Source: Okamejei kenojei
Lineage: Eukaryota
Assembly: GCA_035221665.1 (NCBI GenBank)
Contig: CM069137.1
Coordinates: forward strand, 54,808,001 to 54,872,000
Reading direction: 5' to 3'
DNA length: 64,000 nucleotides
A model generated the notes under the pieces. That model was not told the DNA's origin. It worked only from the letters and a program-made list of their open reading frames with translations, and searched no databases. Both the position numbers and the translations under genes were made by a program. Below, piece by piece: positions 1 to 11,657 of the stretch; the stretch's first letter is position 1, and each line of letters starts with the position of its first letter.

Positions 1-504
1 ATACCTGTAAGTGCATGCCATTGGCACAATTGCACAATTGAAGCATCTGATATGACAAATGTACTGATTATCCAATTATATTTCAAGAGCCTGGCAGATA
101 TAGGTGCAAGAACAATGAGTAGATGAAATTATCCCTGTTTCTTGAATAGTAGACTTGATAAAAACCTGATGTTCAGTATATCCGAGTAGCTTGCTGGAGA
201 TGATGCAACACACTTGTGGCTATTTCATTGCATGGAATATCAATGGCGGGAAGGGGAAGATAATGAGATTTGAGTGGGGCAGTTGTCACTGAAACATTGG
301 CCAGGTTGGAAGCGAGTGTGAAGGCAGTGATCAGTGAAAATCATTGAGGAGCAATGGCCTGTGGTGAGTAAAGGGTGTTTTATTGTTATATGTCCCAGAT
401 AGAACAATGAAAATCTTACTTGCAGTAGCACAACAGAATATGTATACATAGGACGCAGTAAATAATATAATAAACTAGAAAAAAATGTTCAGTGTGTGAA
501 AATA

Positions 505-507
<3 letters not shown>

Positions 508-593
<86 letters not shown>
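508..593. repeat. Compound (GT)n-(AC)n microsatellite forming a palindrome
   Basis: GT repeats 508-539, central GTATAC, AC repeats 542-593. Confidence 0.97.
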
Positions 594-596
<3 letters not shown>

Positions 597-1543
597 ACGG
601 AAGGGCTGGTTCCCCAACGCAATATGCCACCTCTCCACAAATTCCAATAGTGGTTGGGGGGGGGGGGCTTTCTGGAGTGCTTGTATGGATGTTGTGAGCC
701 GATGGGACTGGTTTCCAGAGGGCAAGTATGGACATTGTGGGCCGAATGGCTGGCAGCTCAGTCACTCAGGCCTGGTGGGCTGGCAGCTCAGTCACTCGGG
801 GATGGTGGGCTGGCAGTTCACTCACAGCTATTCCTTGAATTTCCATTTCAAGCAGAGTGCAGGCCACAAAATTCAATTTCATAGCATTTTAAGCAGAGTA
901 CAGGCCACCAAATTCAATTTCATTGCATTCAAGCAGAGTGCCGGCCATAATTTAATTTAATTACATTTCAAGCAGAGTGCAGGCCACCAAATTCAATTTC
1001 ATAGCATTTCAAGCAGATTGCAGGCCACCAAATTCAATTTCATAGCATTTCAAGCAGAGTGCAGGCCACCAAATTCAATTTCATAGCATTTCAAGCAGAG
1101 TGCAGGGCACCAAATTGCGAAACAACTCATTGAATTGTCATTAAGGGCTAACAAATCATTTATTGCAAGTACATTGCAGACTCGCAGTTCAGTTGATTCA
1201 CAGCTTAGAATCACAGTTGTGCAATCTTCCAGGGTGACTGATTCAGGTCCAGGCATCTGAGGTTTTATATTCTTGCCCCCCCCCCCCCCCCCCCCTCCCG
1301 GAAGGGCTGTTACCTTCATTGTGGTGATTGACAGGCAAGAGGACCAATCGGCTATCTCAAGATTTTTTTTAAACAATCATAACTTTTTTATTTTCCATCG
1401 ATCGGAAAAATCCTTGGGGCTGCCTCAGCGGTGGAGGACTGAGTAAGATGGCCAAAAATCGGCGATATACGATAGCATTTTTTTCTAAAATTAATATACA
1501 GCACAGACAGGAAGTGGTCAAGATGAGACTTTTAGTTTTTAGA
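593..1543 (-). mobile_element. Non-autonomous Helitron-like element with internal tandem arrays
   Basis: Minus strand reads A|TCTAAAAACTAAAAGTCTC...CTAG|T (TC/CTAG ends, A^T site, no TSD); the subterminal hairpin appears deleted. Confidence 0.65.
846..1117. repeat. Tandem array of ~41-bp units, 7 copies
   Basis: Unit ttcaagcagagtgcaggccaccaaattcaatttcatagcat; the agcaga core recurs at 851, 892, 932, 971, 1012, 1053 and 1094. Confidence 0.95.
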
Positions 1544-2721
1544 TATATATTATACACACATACATACACAAAAGTACACAAAAACAAAACGATAATAGTA
1601 CAAAAAGACAAAACCATGCTATGTCGGTGTCATTGTTCAGAGCTTATTTGGAGGTTGTAGTGCTTAATAGCCTGATGGCCGTAGGGAAGACGGTGTACTT
1701 CATAGTTGTGAACATTTTAAAATTGGTCTGCAAGGGCTTCGGTAAACGTGGCATTCAGTGCAGCTGGATGTGCAGTAGCAGCAGCCTCGGGTTAGTTCAA
1801 CCTATTATTTTTCTTGTGCAAAGAGCTTAATGTCTTTTGCCCTATTCCATTTGGGGGCTGTCACTATAGAGCAGGAGCAGGCCAATCAGTCCCTTGTAAA
1901 TTAATGCTACCTTCCCGCACTAATGCTGCATTCCTTGATTTTTTTCATATCTAAATGTCTGTTGATCTGCATCTTGAATATGCCCAAAAACGGAGCCTCC
2001 CCGGCCTGCTTGGTTGGTTAAAGGCTTCCACTGCCGCTGCTCTGTAGATGAAGACATTTATTCACCTCTGTCCTGATGGCAGAGCTGTTACTTTGCTACT
2101 GCGCTCCAGATACCCCAGGGATTCATCTCATACACTCTGTCAAGTGCTGTAAGAATGTTGCATACTTCAACATTCTGGAACTCTAGAGAGAAGGGGTCCA
2201 GTCTTAATGATAGGAAGAAGCCATGAAAAAATAAATACACAGCCTTAGAATACACAGCCTGTTCTTCATTGAGTGGGAAACAATGTTCTAAAAGACCACA
2301 AGTAGGAGGAACAGGAATGGGCCATTCAGTCACCGCGTCAACTCATTAAATCAATAGATCATGTCTGATGCTTATACGGCAAAGGTTTAAAGACATCTTA
2401 GGGCCCACTACTCACATGAAACTTGAGCATTGATTCAAATTGGATAGAAAGGTAGGCATAATGCTGTACCCTGGGAGTTAGAGAATCTGGTATAATTCTG
2501 TAAAATAGCAAGTGTTTAAGTAATAGCTACCACATCAGAATGCACGGCATCAACTTGTGTGAAGTTTGCAAGCTCTCCCTGTGACTTCTCCAGTTTCTTC
2601 CCACACGCCAAAATACATGCTGTTAATTAGTTGCGGCAAATTTCCTCTAGGAGAGGTAAGCGGCAGGAACATCTGTGAGAGCAATGAGCATATAAAGAGA
2701 AAAGGTTATAGAGAATTGGAT

Positions 2722-2880
2722 AAATGTTTAAGATAGAACTGCACATACTGGAAACGTTCAAAGGTAGACAAGAATGCTGGAGAAACTCAGCGGGTGATGC
2801 AGTCTGAAGAAGGGTCTCGACCAGAAACGCTCCATAGATGCTGCCGCACCCGCTGAGTTTCTCCAGCATTTTTGTCTACC
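2722..2880. mobile_element. Penelope-derived inverted-repeat element with a hammerhead-like core
   Basis: Inverted arms 2763-2802 and 2841-2880; CTGAAGA-GGTC/GACC-GAAAC core; 14-bp TSD atagagaattggat at 2708-2721 and 2881-2894. Confidence 0.7.
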
Positions 2881-2991
2881 ATAGAGAATTGGATGGTTTA
2901 AGAACCAGAATGGACAAAATGGGCTGAATTGACGTGCAATCGTGTTTTCTGGAAATAGCGAACTTTTTTAAAAACAATTTTTCTTTTCTAG

Positions 2992-3138
2992 GGGGCTCCA
3001 TCCCGGCAAACATTGGGCAACAGTGCATGAGCGAACCAGGTATTTACTACTCTGATGGAATGCAGTGGATCCACATGCAAGGCAACACCCGAATGTTATG
3101 TACCTGCCTGGGTACTGGAGTGAGCTGCCAGCAACGGT
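2992..3138 (+). CDS. fn1: Fibronectin exon, FnI-6
   Basis: ttttctag|GG...CQQR T|gtaag; [37 protein letters not shown] matches FnI-6. Confidence 0.93.
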
Positions 3139-6100
3139 GTAAGCATTAACGACCTCCCTGAACATCATATTGGTCACAGCCCTGTTCATTTGTTTAAAAA
3201 ATTGTTAATTTTTAAGTTGCTGTCTATTACACAAGATGGAGTACAGAGATCTGTAATAAGGCCCATTCCCAAATGGTCCCGAAATTTTTTTTTAGCGCAA
3301 TCGTGTACAGTTTTGGCGGAGTTTTGGAATATCGCATGCACGCATACACACAAAACGAACAAACGAGATGTGAGTTTAGTAATATACTAGACCAAGTGGG
3401 ACCCGTTTGGTCCCTGTCACATGGGAGGCCTGGCTCCCCCAACATAACCCATTTCCCCAACGCAATATTCGACCACTTACCCATAGCCCCCATGGGAGGC
3501 CTGGTCCCCCAACGCAACCCTTCCCCAACGCAATATTCCACCACTCACCCTTTTCCCCCAACGCAACCCATTCCCCAATGCAATAATCCACCACTCACCC
3601 ATAGCCCCCAACTGTGCAAGGGTGGCTCATTTCCCTTATTCACCCTCTCTCATTTTAAACTTTAAAAAAAAATGCAATTGCATCTGCTGCCAGGAATAAA
3701 ACAATTCCATTTGCTGCCAGGACTCGGTGTCCTGGGATTGCAACATTGTAGCAGGCAGGGTTACCCCATTGTTACATCATAGCTGTAACTGCCAGTGCAG
3801 ATGGAAAAAATGTTTATCAAAGTGGTATTTTGATATGGATAGGCCATGCTCAAGGAATGTTAATGCTTTAATTGAACATTACTAGTATCTACATAGGATC
3901 AATTACAATATTTTGACCTCCTTTTGGAGCCTTCATGGAGAATCATTGGCAGAATGAAATATTTGACCCGTATGTAGAATTGTGACCACCAAATGAATAG
4001 GTTCACCAGGTGCATTAATAGCGTCTGAGTTATTCATCCCAAATTCCATTGGTTAATCTGCCACATTCAAGCACACTTCCCACTCTGTATTGCTGAGCAT
4101 TTGTGGAAATTTAATTCAGTTGGAGAATACCGTCAAATTTGCACCCTCTCATCCTCTTCACAATCCCACCTCCCTCAATAGAAAAGGGGGATATTGTGTT
4201 TTTTTTCCCTGCTGAATTAGGGTTTTTGTCTGGTCCCGTAACTTGCATTAACATTCAATGAAACTATAATTAGGAACTATTAAGTAATCAGGATGTAGAT
4301 TCAGGAAGTTCTATCATCATTGCTGTCTAGACAGATCCTGTAGTGCAGTATTGACAGAGTACAACATTGTGAGGATCTGGGCTGCTTAGATGGAAAGCTA
4401 AAGGGGCTGAACCACTGCGGTGACCTAATCTACGAGTTAAGAAGAGTATCTTCGACCTTCAAGCTCGAGGGCACTCGCCTGGAAAACCTCTAGCTGAATC
4501 GACCGTCAGCGAGGAAACAGCGAGCGAGCGACCGTGCGCGTGCGCGCGCACACACACCCACACACCCACACTTCGCAAAGGCGGGGGTCAGGGAAAGTGG
4601 GGGAGCGCTGTCTGAATTTCAGACCCACGATGAAAAAAAGGTAAAAGACGGCTGGCACATAACAGTAAATCCTTTAGAGAGCGCAGTGGGGGGGGGGGGA
4701 GGGGGGGGGTAGAGAAGGGGGAGAGAAGAAGTGGAGACACTTTTAAGAAGTATAATAAAGTTTAGTGGGCATTTTACCAACCGGTCGGTTTTCCTTGGTC
4801 CTGAATACTCCAATGAGCCAATCAAAATGCCCGGTCAGTGAAGGAAATTGCCTAGGGCTGCCGTCAACTGACTGTAACTAAATAGTGACCCCACTCCACT
4901 GCACTACGAGTTCAAAAGAAACATGCCGACCAAATTTTACTCGCAGAAATGTTTCAACATGCTGTAAAGTTTTCCGCGAATTAGCTGAGGCTGCGAGTAT
5001 TCGGGAACTTCCCTCGAGTATGAAGGAGAGTTCCAGTGACCGCATGGGACCTCCTAGGACCACGTGTTGACCATGCTGTGAGTTTGAATTGAGTGCAAAC
5101 TTGTCTAAACTCACAGATTAGATCGCCGCAGTGGGACAGCCCCTTAACCAAGCCCTTTTATCATATTTGAGGAAGGCCTGATGGGTTTTCCCGGCTATAC
5201 TGGTCAACTAAAAAATGATTTTCATGAGATTTTCCTTTGTACAGCTTGAGTGCCCTGTTTCCCATATTAGAATAGTGATCATAGTTCAAATGTTCTATTT
5301 TGGTTGAGAAGTGTTTTGTGGAGTGTCTGGGATTGGGAGCGTCCTGGGATTGAGAGGAGTTTTAAAATCTTGCCATTGCTTTATGTTGAGTAGCAGAGCA
5401 GACTTATGGGGGAAATAGCAATGGACGACCCTGTGCGTTTCCCTTCACGTTCATGGGAAGGACCTACAAATCTTGCACTACCGACGGACGGGTAGACGGC
5501 GCATACTGGTGCAGCACCACAAGCACAGAATTCGTCGAAGGCGGCATGTACTCTTTCTGCAGCAAACCAACCTGTAAGTGAAGTTGTCTTTTCCCAATTA
5601 AAAGTTTTCAAACATATTTGATTACTTTAGATAAGCTTAACTACCTGATGCTTAGTAATCCATCAAATGCATTGGTGGGGTAACTAAATTGGATAAGAAT
5701 TACTAGCCATTGCTGCCCATTCCCCATATCCCCGGCAGTGGTGGTGGAATGTGGCCTGACTTCCCTGTGCTTGGTTGTAATCATAAGAATAAATGTTATT
5801 TTTTTATTCATTACTGGTATAGCTGATTGTTTACGGCACAAACATGCTTGCAGGGAAGCCTCACCTATATCGAATAGGTTTCAATTTTCACATGATGAAA
5901 GATTGCGCTCCAGAATAGGATTGTAGGTGATAGAAGGTGTTTGGAGAATGTGAACCGGGCAAGCAGTTTAATCATCCATTTATGGAGTGAAGTTGAAATG
6001 CCTGAAGCCCTCTTGTATTAAACCCCTTTTTACATAGTGGACAATTGTTTGAATATCCAGCATGTGTGACAGATAATGAAAAATTTCCATAGCAATGACA

Positions 6101-8489
6101 GCAGCATAATTTGTCAGCTATTATGGCTGTCACTCGGTTTTTCAGGGAGACCCATCAGTTCAATATTTCTTCCAAAATAACAGACAGACTGTTGGGCAGG
6201 GAAATAGGTCAGGGGAAGCAAAGAAGATGAGAGACTGACCAAAGCCTTTGAATTTGAAACATGTATAAATCCTAACCTTTTTTTTCCATCTACCCTCTTC
6301 ACCACCCCTCTCCCCACACTTGTCTCGACAATTTGCTGCGAACAGCCTTCTTTGTCCATACTAGAGGAGGGAACTCAAATGGTGCATTATGCCGCTTCCC
6401 CTTCCTGTACAACAGACGGAACTACAGTGAGTGCACATCTGACGGGAGAAAGGATGGCATGAAGTGGTGCGGGACAACCACAAATTACGACGCAGATGGA
6501 ATGTTCGGTTTCTGCCCGATGGCAGGTATGGCTTATGGACATGGCTGGAGACCAGTTTATGGGATTAGATGTCCAGATACGCTTTGGAATAATGAATATT
6601 AAAATCCCCAACAAATTATTTTTACTTGCATCATATGCATGCATGCCTTACTCTTGTTCTAGCATCATCAAATGGTTACAGTAGGAGCAAACCATTCTGT
6701 CCCGATCATGTCTGAGCTCGCTTTCTACGCGAGCGAGCAGCTTTCTAAATACACACGTCCACAGCCCATTCTGCAGGCCTTACAACATTTATGCATGCCA
6801 TATATTTATCATTAAAATCTCAAAAACATGACGGCCAAATAGAAAGCTTTTTAGGAATCAAATGAGGCAACTGGATTGTAAAGTGTGTAACTTGTACATC
6901 CTGTATTGGAAATAATCAGTTATACCAACTAGGAATCTAGTCTGGAGACCATTCAGCCTCTTGACCCAGAACTGTTACTGTTAAGATAATTTTGGATAGG
7001 TTTCTTCTCCATTTCTTGCCTTAGTTACATATCTGATATATCAAATCTACACAATCACATAAAAATGGACTTACTTAATTTTTTTTTAAATCTCAGTTAA
7101 AAAAAAATTCTACTGCTCGCAGACAGGAGTTTGGATTTCCAGCATATTTTGACATCATCCTTTACCAAGCTGCCTCAATTTCTAAGAACATGACTGTTCT
7201 AGTTTATCATGCTGATCAATCTGGACACTCTTAATCTGCACAAAGCAATGTACGATGCATGTATACGTTTTATAAGAACAGCTCACTGAATTTAAAGAGC
7301 TCATATTCCTAGTAATATTATTTGGAAGAAGTATTCAGATCCAAAGAATCACATCACTAGTAGCATGTGTGCATGTATATGTCTTTACGTGACAGCATTA
7401 TGCAGATTTCTGTTTGATTTCATTCCCAGCTCTTTTTGATTTTCATTGCTACTCATTGCCACATGATTTGTATCACTCCTTTCCAGAATCGGATGAAGTG
7501 TGCGCCCCCTCTCCAGGGGATATGTTTCGCGTTGGAGACCAGTGGGACAAACGTCATGACGAAGGACAAATGCTGAGATGTACATGTATAGGAAATGGCC
7601 GTGGTGAATGGAGTTGCTTAGAACATGCTCAGCTTCTAGGTCAGTCAAGTTGATTTCAACAACATGCTACCTGCACAAACCCTGTTTCTTCTCACAACCT
7701 ATGGGCATTCTCCAAGAGTAATAAGGGTCAACATCATGTCATCATTGGAAATTGTATGCGATCTATCCATGCCCTTTTCTTTATTTGTATCACATACTCT
7801 GCTCCTGCTTCCCAATCTCAATCCCCATATTCTATTTATTTTCCACTGGCCACCCTTCTATTTCTGCATGTGTTTGTCTTATTTTGTCCTGGTTCCATTT
7901 CTTCATCCTTTTTCTCTCTTCTCTCCCTTTCAGTGTTTCCCTTCACCCTTTCTCCCTTTTTCATTCTCCTTCTCCCTCTCCGATTTATTTTCTCCCTCTC
8001 CCTCTCTGTCCGTTTCAGTTCTGTCAGCTTTATCCTGCTTGGAGCTCACATGTTGAACCACACGCAGATAAGAAATAAGATGTTTAATTTTGAGTGATTA
8101 TGAGTAGAAATCTTTATACTTTTAAAACTCTGTGTGTGTGGGTGTACGGCATTTTGCATTTGAAACGTTTCTCCGCGAAAACCATACGTAAAAACGCGGA
8201 GATTTTTACAATTTCGCTAGGAATTTAACATGAATTCGGATATCCACTCATTAAATTTGGTCATTTATCTCTACACATTTTGAATAAAATTCTTCACAAA
8301 ACGTACTCTTTTGTTTAAATCAGACTGCTGCCCAGCTGCGGCAGCTGCTGACGTCACAATGCCCACATTCCCACCAATCGAGGCTCCCTGCCCCCTCGCT
8401 GCTGTGGACTAAAGCCCAGCACAAGTACGCACACGCCACGCCCCCCGCAGCTGGTCTACCACGCCTGCCCGCCCGCCCGCTCACTCCAA

Positions 8490-8549
<60 letters not shown>

Positions 8550-11500
8550 TTCTCAAAATGCTCTGCAGATCGGGAGGTCACAGCCGGTCACTGGAGGCCA
8601 CCGGCTTGAACATGGCGGCGGTAGTTATTGTCGCGCAGGGCATTACTCCCTCTGGGAAACCTGAAATTCCTCCGGGGACACGGGGAATCGTCACGCGAGA
8701 GCTGCCGGGGCTCTCCACGCCACCCGCACACCGAGTTCAGGTCCGCCCTCTCCCTCTCTCTCCCCCATCCTCTCACCATCCTCCTTCCCTCTCCCCCATT
8801 CCCTCCCTCCCTCCCGCTGCAAACCCAACGTGCTGCCAGTCGCGTCTCCCGCAAGTCCTTTGTTAAAAACCTTGCACCCCCCCAATCTCTCTGTTCCCCA
8901 GTCCCACTGAAATAGTATCTATGAAATCTTGGGCTTCCTTAGTCTACATGCCAAATATTACAGTTTGCAATAGCCGTGTACAGGTTTATCTACCCCAAGT
9001 CTGGAAGTACTCCTGTATCAACTACTGCTTTCACATGTATTGGCATTGTGCATGTTATGTTGGTGCACCTGAAGTCAATGTTTATAACATAATCCTCATA
9101 GAAATAAAGACTCCTTTGTTGAAGCTTCTCCAAACATTCACCTCAATTACTTCTTTCAGTGGTGGAAGGTCAGCTTTACTACTTGGATATTTCAGAAAAA
9201 ACTTGCATTAGGGTTCGGGTTATTTCTATTAGTTACTGGACCAAGTGCAGACCCGTTGGGTCTGTTCCCCCAACATGTTTCATTAAAAACAGCAAAACAG
9301 AAATGTAATCCTTAAGAAGAAAAGCTCATGGGTTCATATTCAAGATGATGCTTTTGAAAAATGATTTCACTTTGTAGAACAGTTCTGCTTGCCATATATT
9401 GGAAATGATACAAGATAGAATGCAAGACAGATATAATATGATGATGCCAGGATTAACAAAGCACAGCCTTTTGGGAAAGATGGAATAGTCTCCGATAGCT
9501 TCTTTCTACACTAGTGATGAAACAAACAATGTGCTGGAAGGATGTTTTCCTGCCTAGCGAGAGCAGAATCAGAGTTTAGAGTCTCAGTGTATGGTTTGCT
9601 GTTAGGAATGCTCAGATCCATGAATGTATTCAAGACAAAGGAGGGAGGGAGGAACTTGGGATCTATGAAGAAAGGTGGTGGATGGACATCTGAATAGTGG
9701 ACAGGGTCAAAGGGGTGGATATTATTCTTCTGCTCTTATCCCTTACTTAGGTCCTTCCAGGGAAGTTGCTCTTCTCTGCAATAGACACAAAACCAGAAAT
9801 AAGTTAATTATTTCTAAGGCATCAATACCTTATAGCCAGAGAGTATTTGCATTGTGGAACTAGAAACCACTGGGAATGATTGAAGCAAATGTAATTTGGG
9901 TGCCCTTAAATGGAAGCTAGGTATGCGAGAGGGAAAACAAGAGCGAACACTTTCACTGTGCGTCCTGGGTGAACCTTGAACACTGATATGTTGTGTAAGT
10001 GGTCTGTCTTGGTGCTGTAATGATGTAAATCAACAGGATCTTTTTATGTTTTCTTTCTGTTCACAGACCAGTGTACGGTGGATGGAATAGTCTACCAAGT
10101 AAACGAGAGGTTTAACAAGCAGCATAAGATGGGTCACCAGATGAACTGCACTTGCTTAGGGCAAGGCCGAGGGCGGTGGAAGTGTGATGCCATTGGTATA
10201 TATCTCTACTTATAAATAGTATCAGTTAAGGTTTGAGATGGTGGGGAGGCATAGAATGGGCTCCTTTCCAACCCAGCCCACAGTGCAGCAGATAACTCAA
10301 ACCTGTTGTGATTTGGGATGACATCACTGAGAAATGGGAACAGATCCAGAGGAGAGAACGCAAATGGTGATATGTTGGGCCCAAGTGTTTATTCTCTGGC
10401 TATGACAGAATAGATACGTGAAAGTAGTTGAACGGTAACCCGCACAGCTGGGCAGTGGAGGAGAAGCATAAAAGGGGAAATTTGGTTAGCAATATTGAGA
10501 TGGGTGAGTGCCATTGTCTGGAACCAAGAGACATTATTTATGATTTTATTATCATGAAGGCTGCTTCACAGAATATGACAGGACCAGTTTAGGGGGATGT
10601 TAATATGGAGCTGGAGGAAGCTTGGGCACAGGTATTGGGAATTTTGGAAAGAGAGATTAAAAGTGGGAGGAATGGTTATGTCGATGGAGAGACCAAAGGG
10701 TTTCCGAGACGAATTGCTGGACAGTAATTGAGGACAAAATTGATGACCAACTCATCTCAACAGCCATTTCTTTCATTTCTATTCCAATGAACCTATTGAT
10801 TTTTGTGTGGTCAACAGCGCTGGTCTAGAGGTTCTGGGCAGAGTAGCTAGACAGAGGTGAGAGTGTGGTGTAGCAAGGCATTTTGGATTGTAAAAAATAG
10901 CAAAGTAAAAAAAGTTTCAGCTCATTCCCACTTGCTACACCAGGGACCCTTTGGTTATCAATCCTCCTCCCTTGGTAAACTATGGCTGTTAATTTCTTCT
11001 TCATTCATAAATCGAGTCCTCATTTCACAGCAAAGTACTGCTCAGGAAGTGGTTGAGTGTTTGAGTCCTTTTGAAGTTTCATTCCAAATTGAAATGTATA
11101 CCCCTTAGACCCCTTCACCGCCACTGCCTGGTGTTCCAGACAGCTGGTAAATCTTAAAGCAAACACTGATCTCTAACATTAAAGGTATTGAAGAAATAAA
11201 TGTTGTTTGTAGAGTGGTGAGTCTCTGGAATTCTCTGCCACAGAAGGTAGTTGAGGCCGGTTCATTGGCTATATTTAAGAGGGAGTTAGATGTGGCCCTT
11301 GTGGCTAAAGGGATCAGGGATATGGCAGGTACAGGATACTGAGTTGGATGATCAGCCATGATCATATTGAATGGCGGTGCAGGCTCGAAGGGCCGAATGA
11401 CCTACTCCTGCACCTATTTTCTATGTTTCTATGTAAGGAGAAAGGTGGGAATTTTCATTTCTACCCATTTTCTGCTGGCTCTTGCCAGCTGTCTCTCCCA

Positions 11501-11592
11501 CTCAAAACAGCTGGAATTGAGTGTCCGAGGTCTGTGGCAAGCCCAGGCCCAGTCCCAAGTCTGTGACATCCAGACGTAAAATATAATGGCTG

Positions 11593-11657
<65 letters not shown>

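Noticed and set aside
475-960. ORFs with CVCVCV/THTHTH runs
   Set aside because: Translations of the microsatellite and tandem arrays.
846-1117. Regular repeats resembling a CRISPR array
   Set aside because: Contiguous tandem units without unique spacers, in a vertebrate intron with no cas genes.
1621-1830. LVCKGFGKRGIQC resembles an FnI C-x-G-x-G motif (possible FnI-5 exon)
   Set aside because: It lacks the CxC and Trp pattern, has no fitting splice sites, and overlaps a Rex-like LINE tail.
7664-8097. Hydrophobic Phe/Ser/Leu-rich ORFs
   Set aside because: Low-complexity pyrimidine-rich intron sequence.
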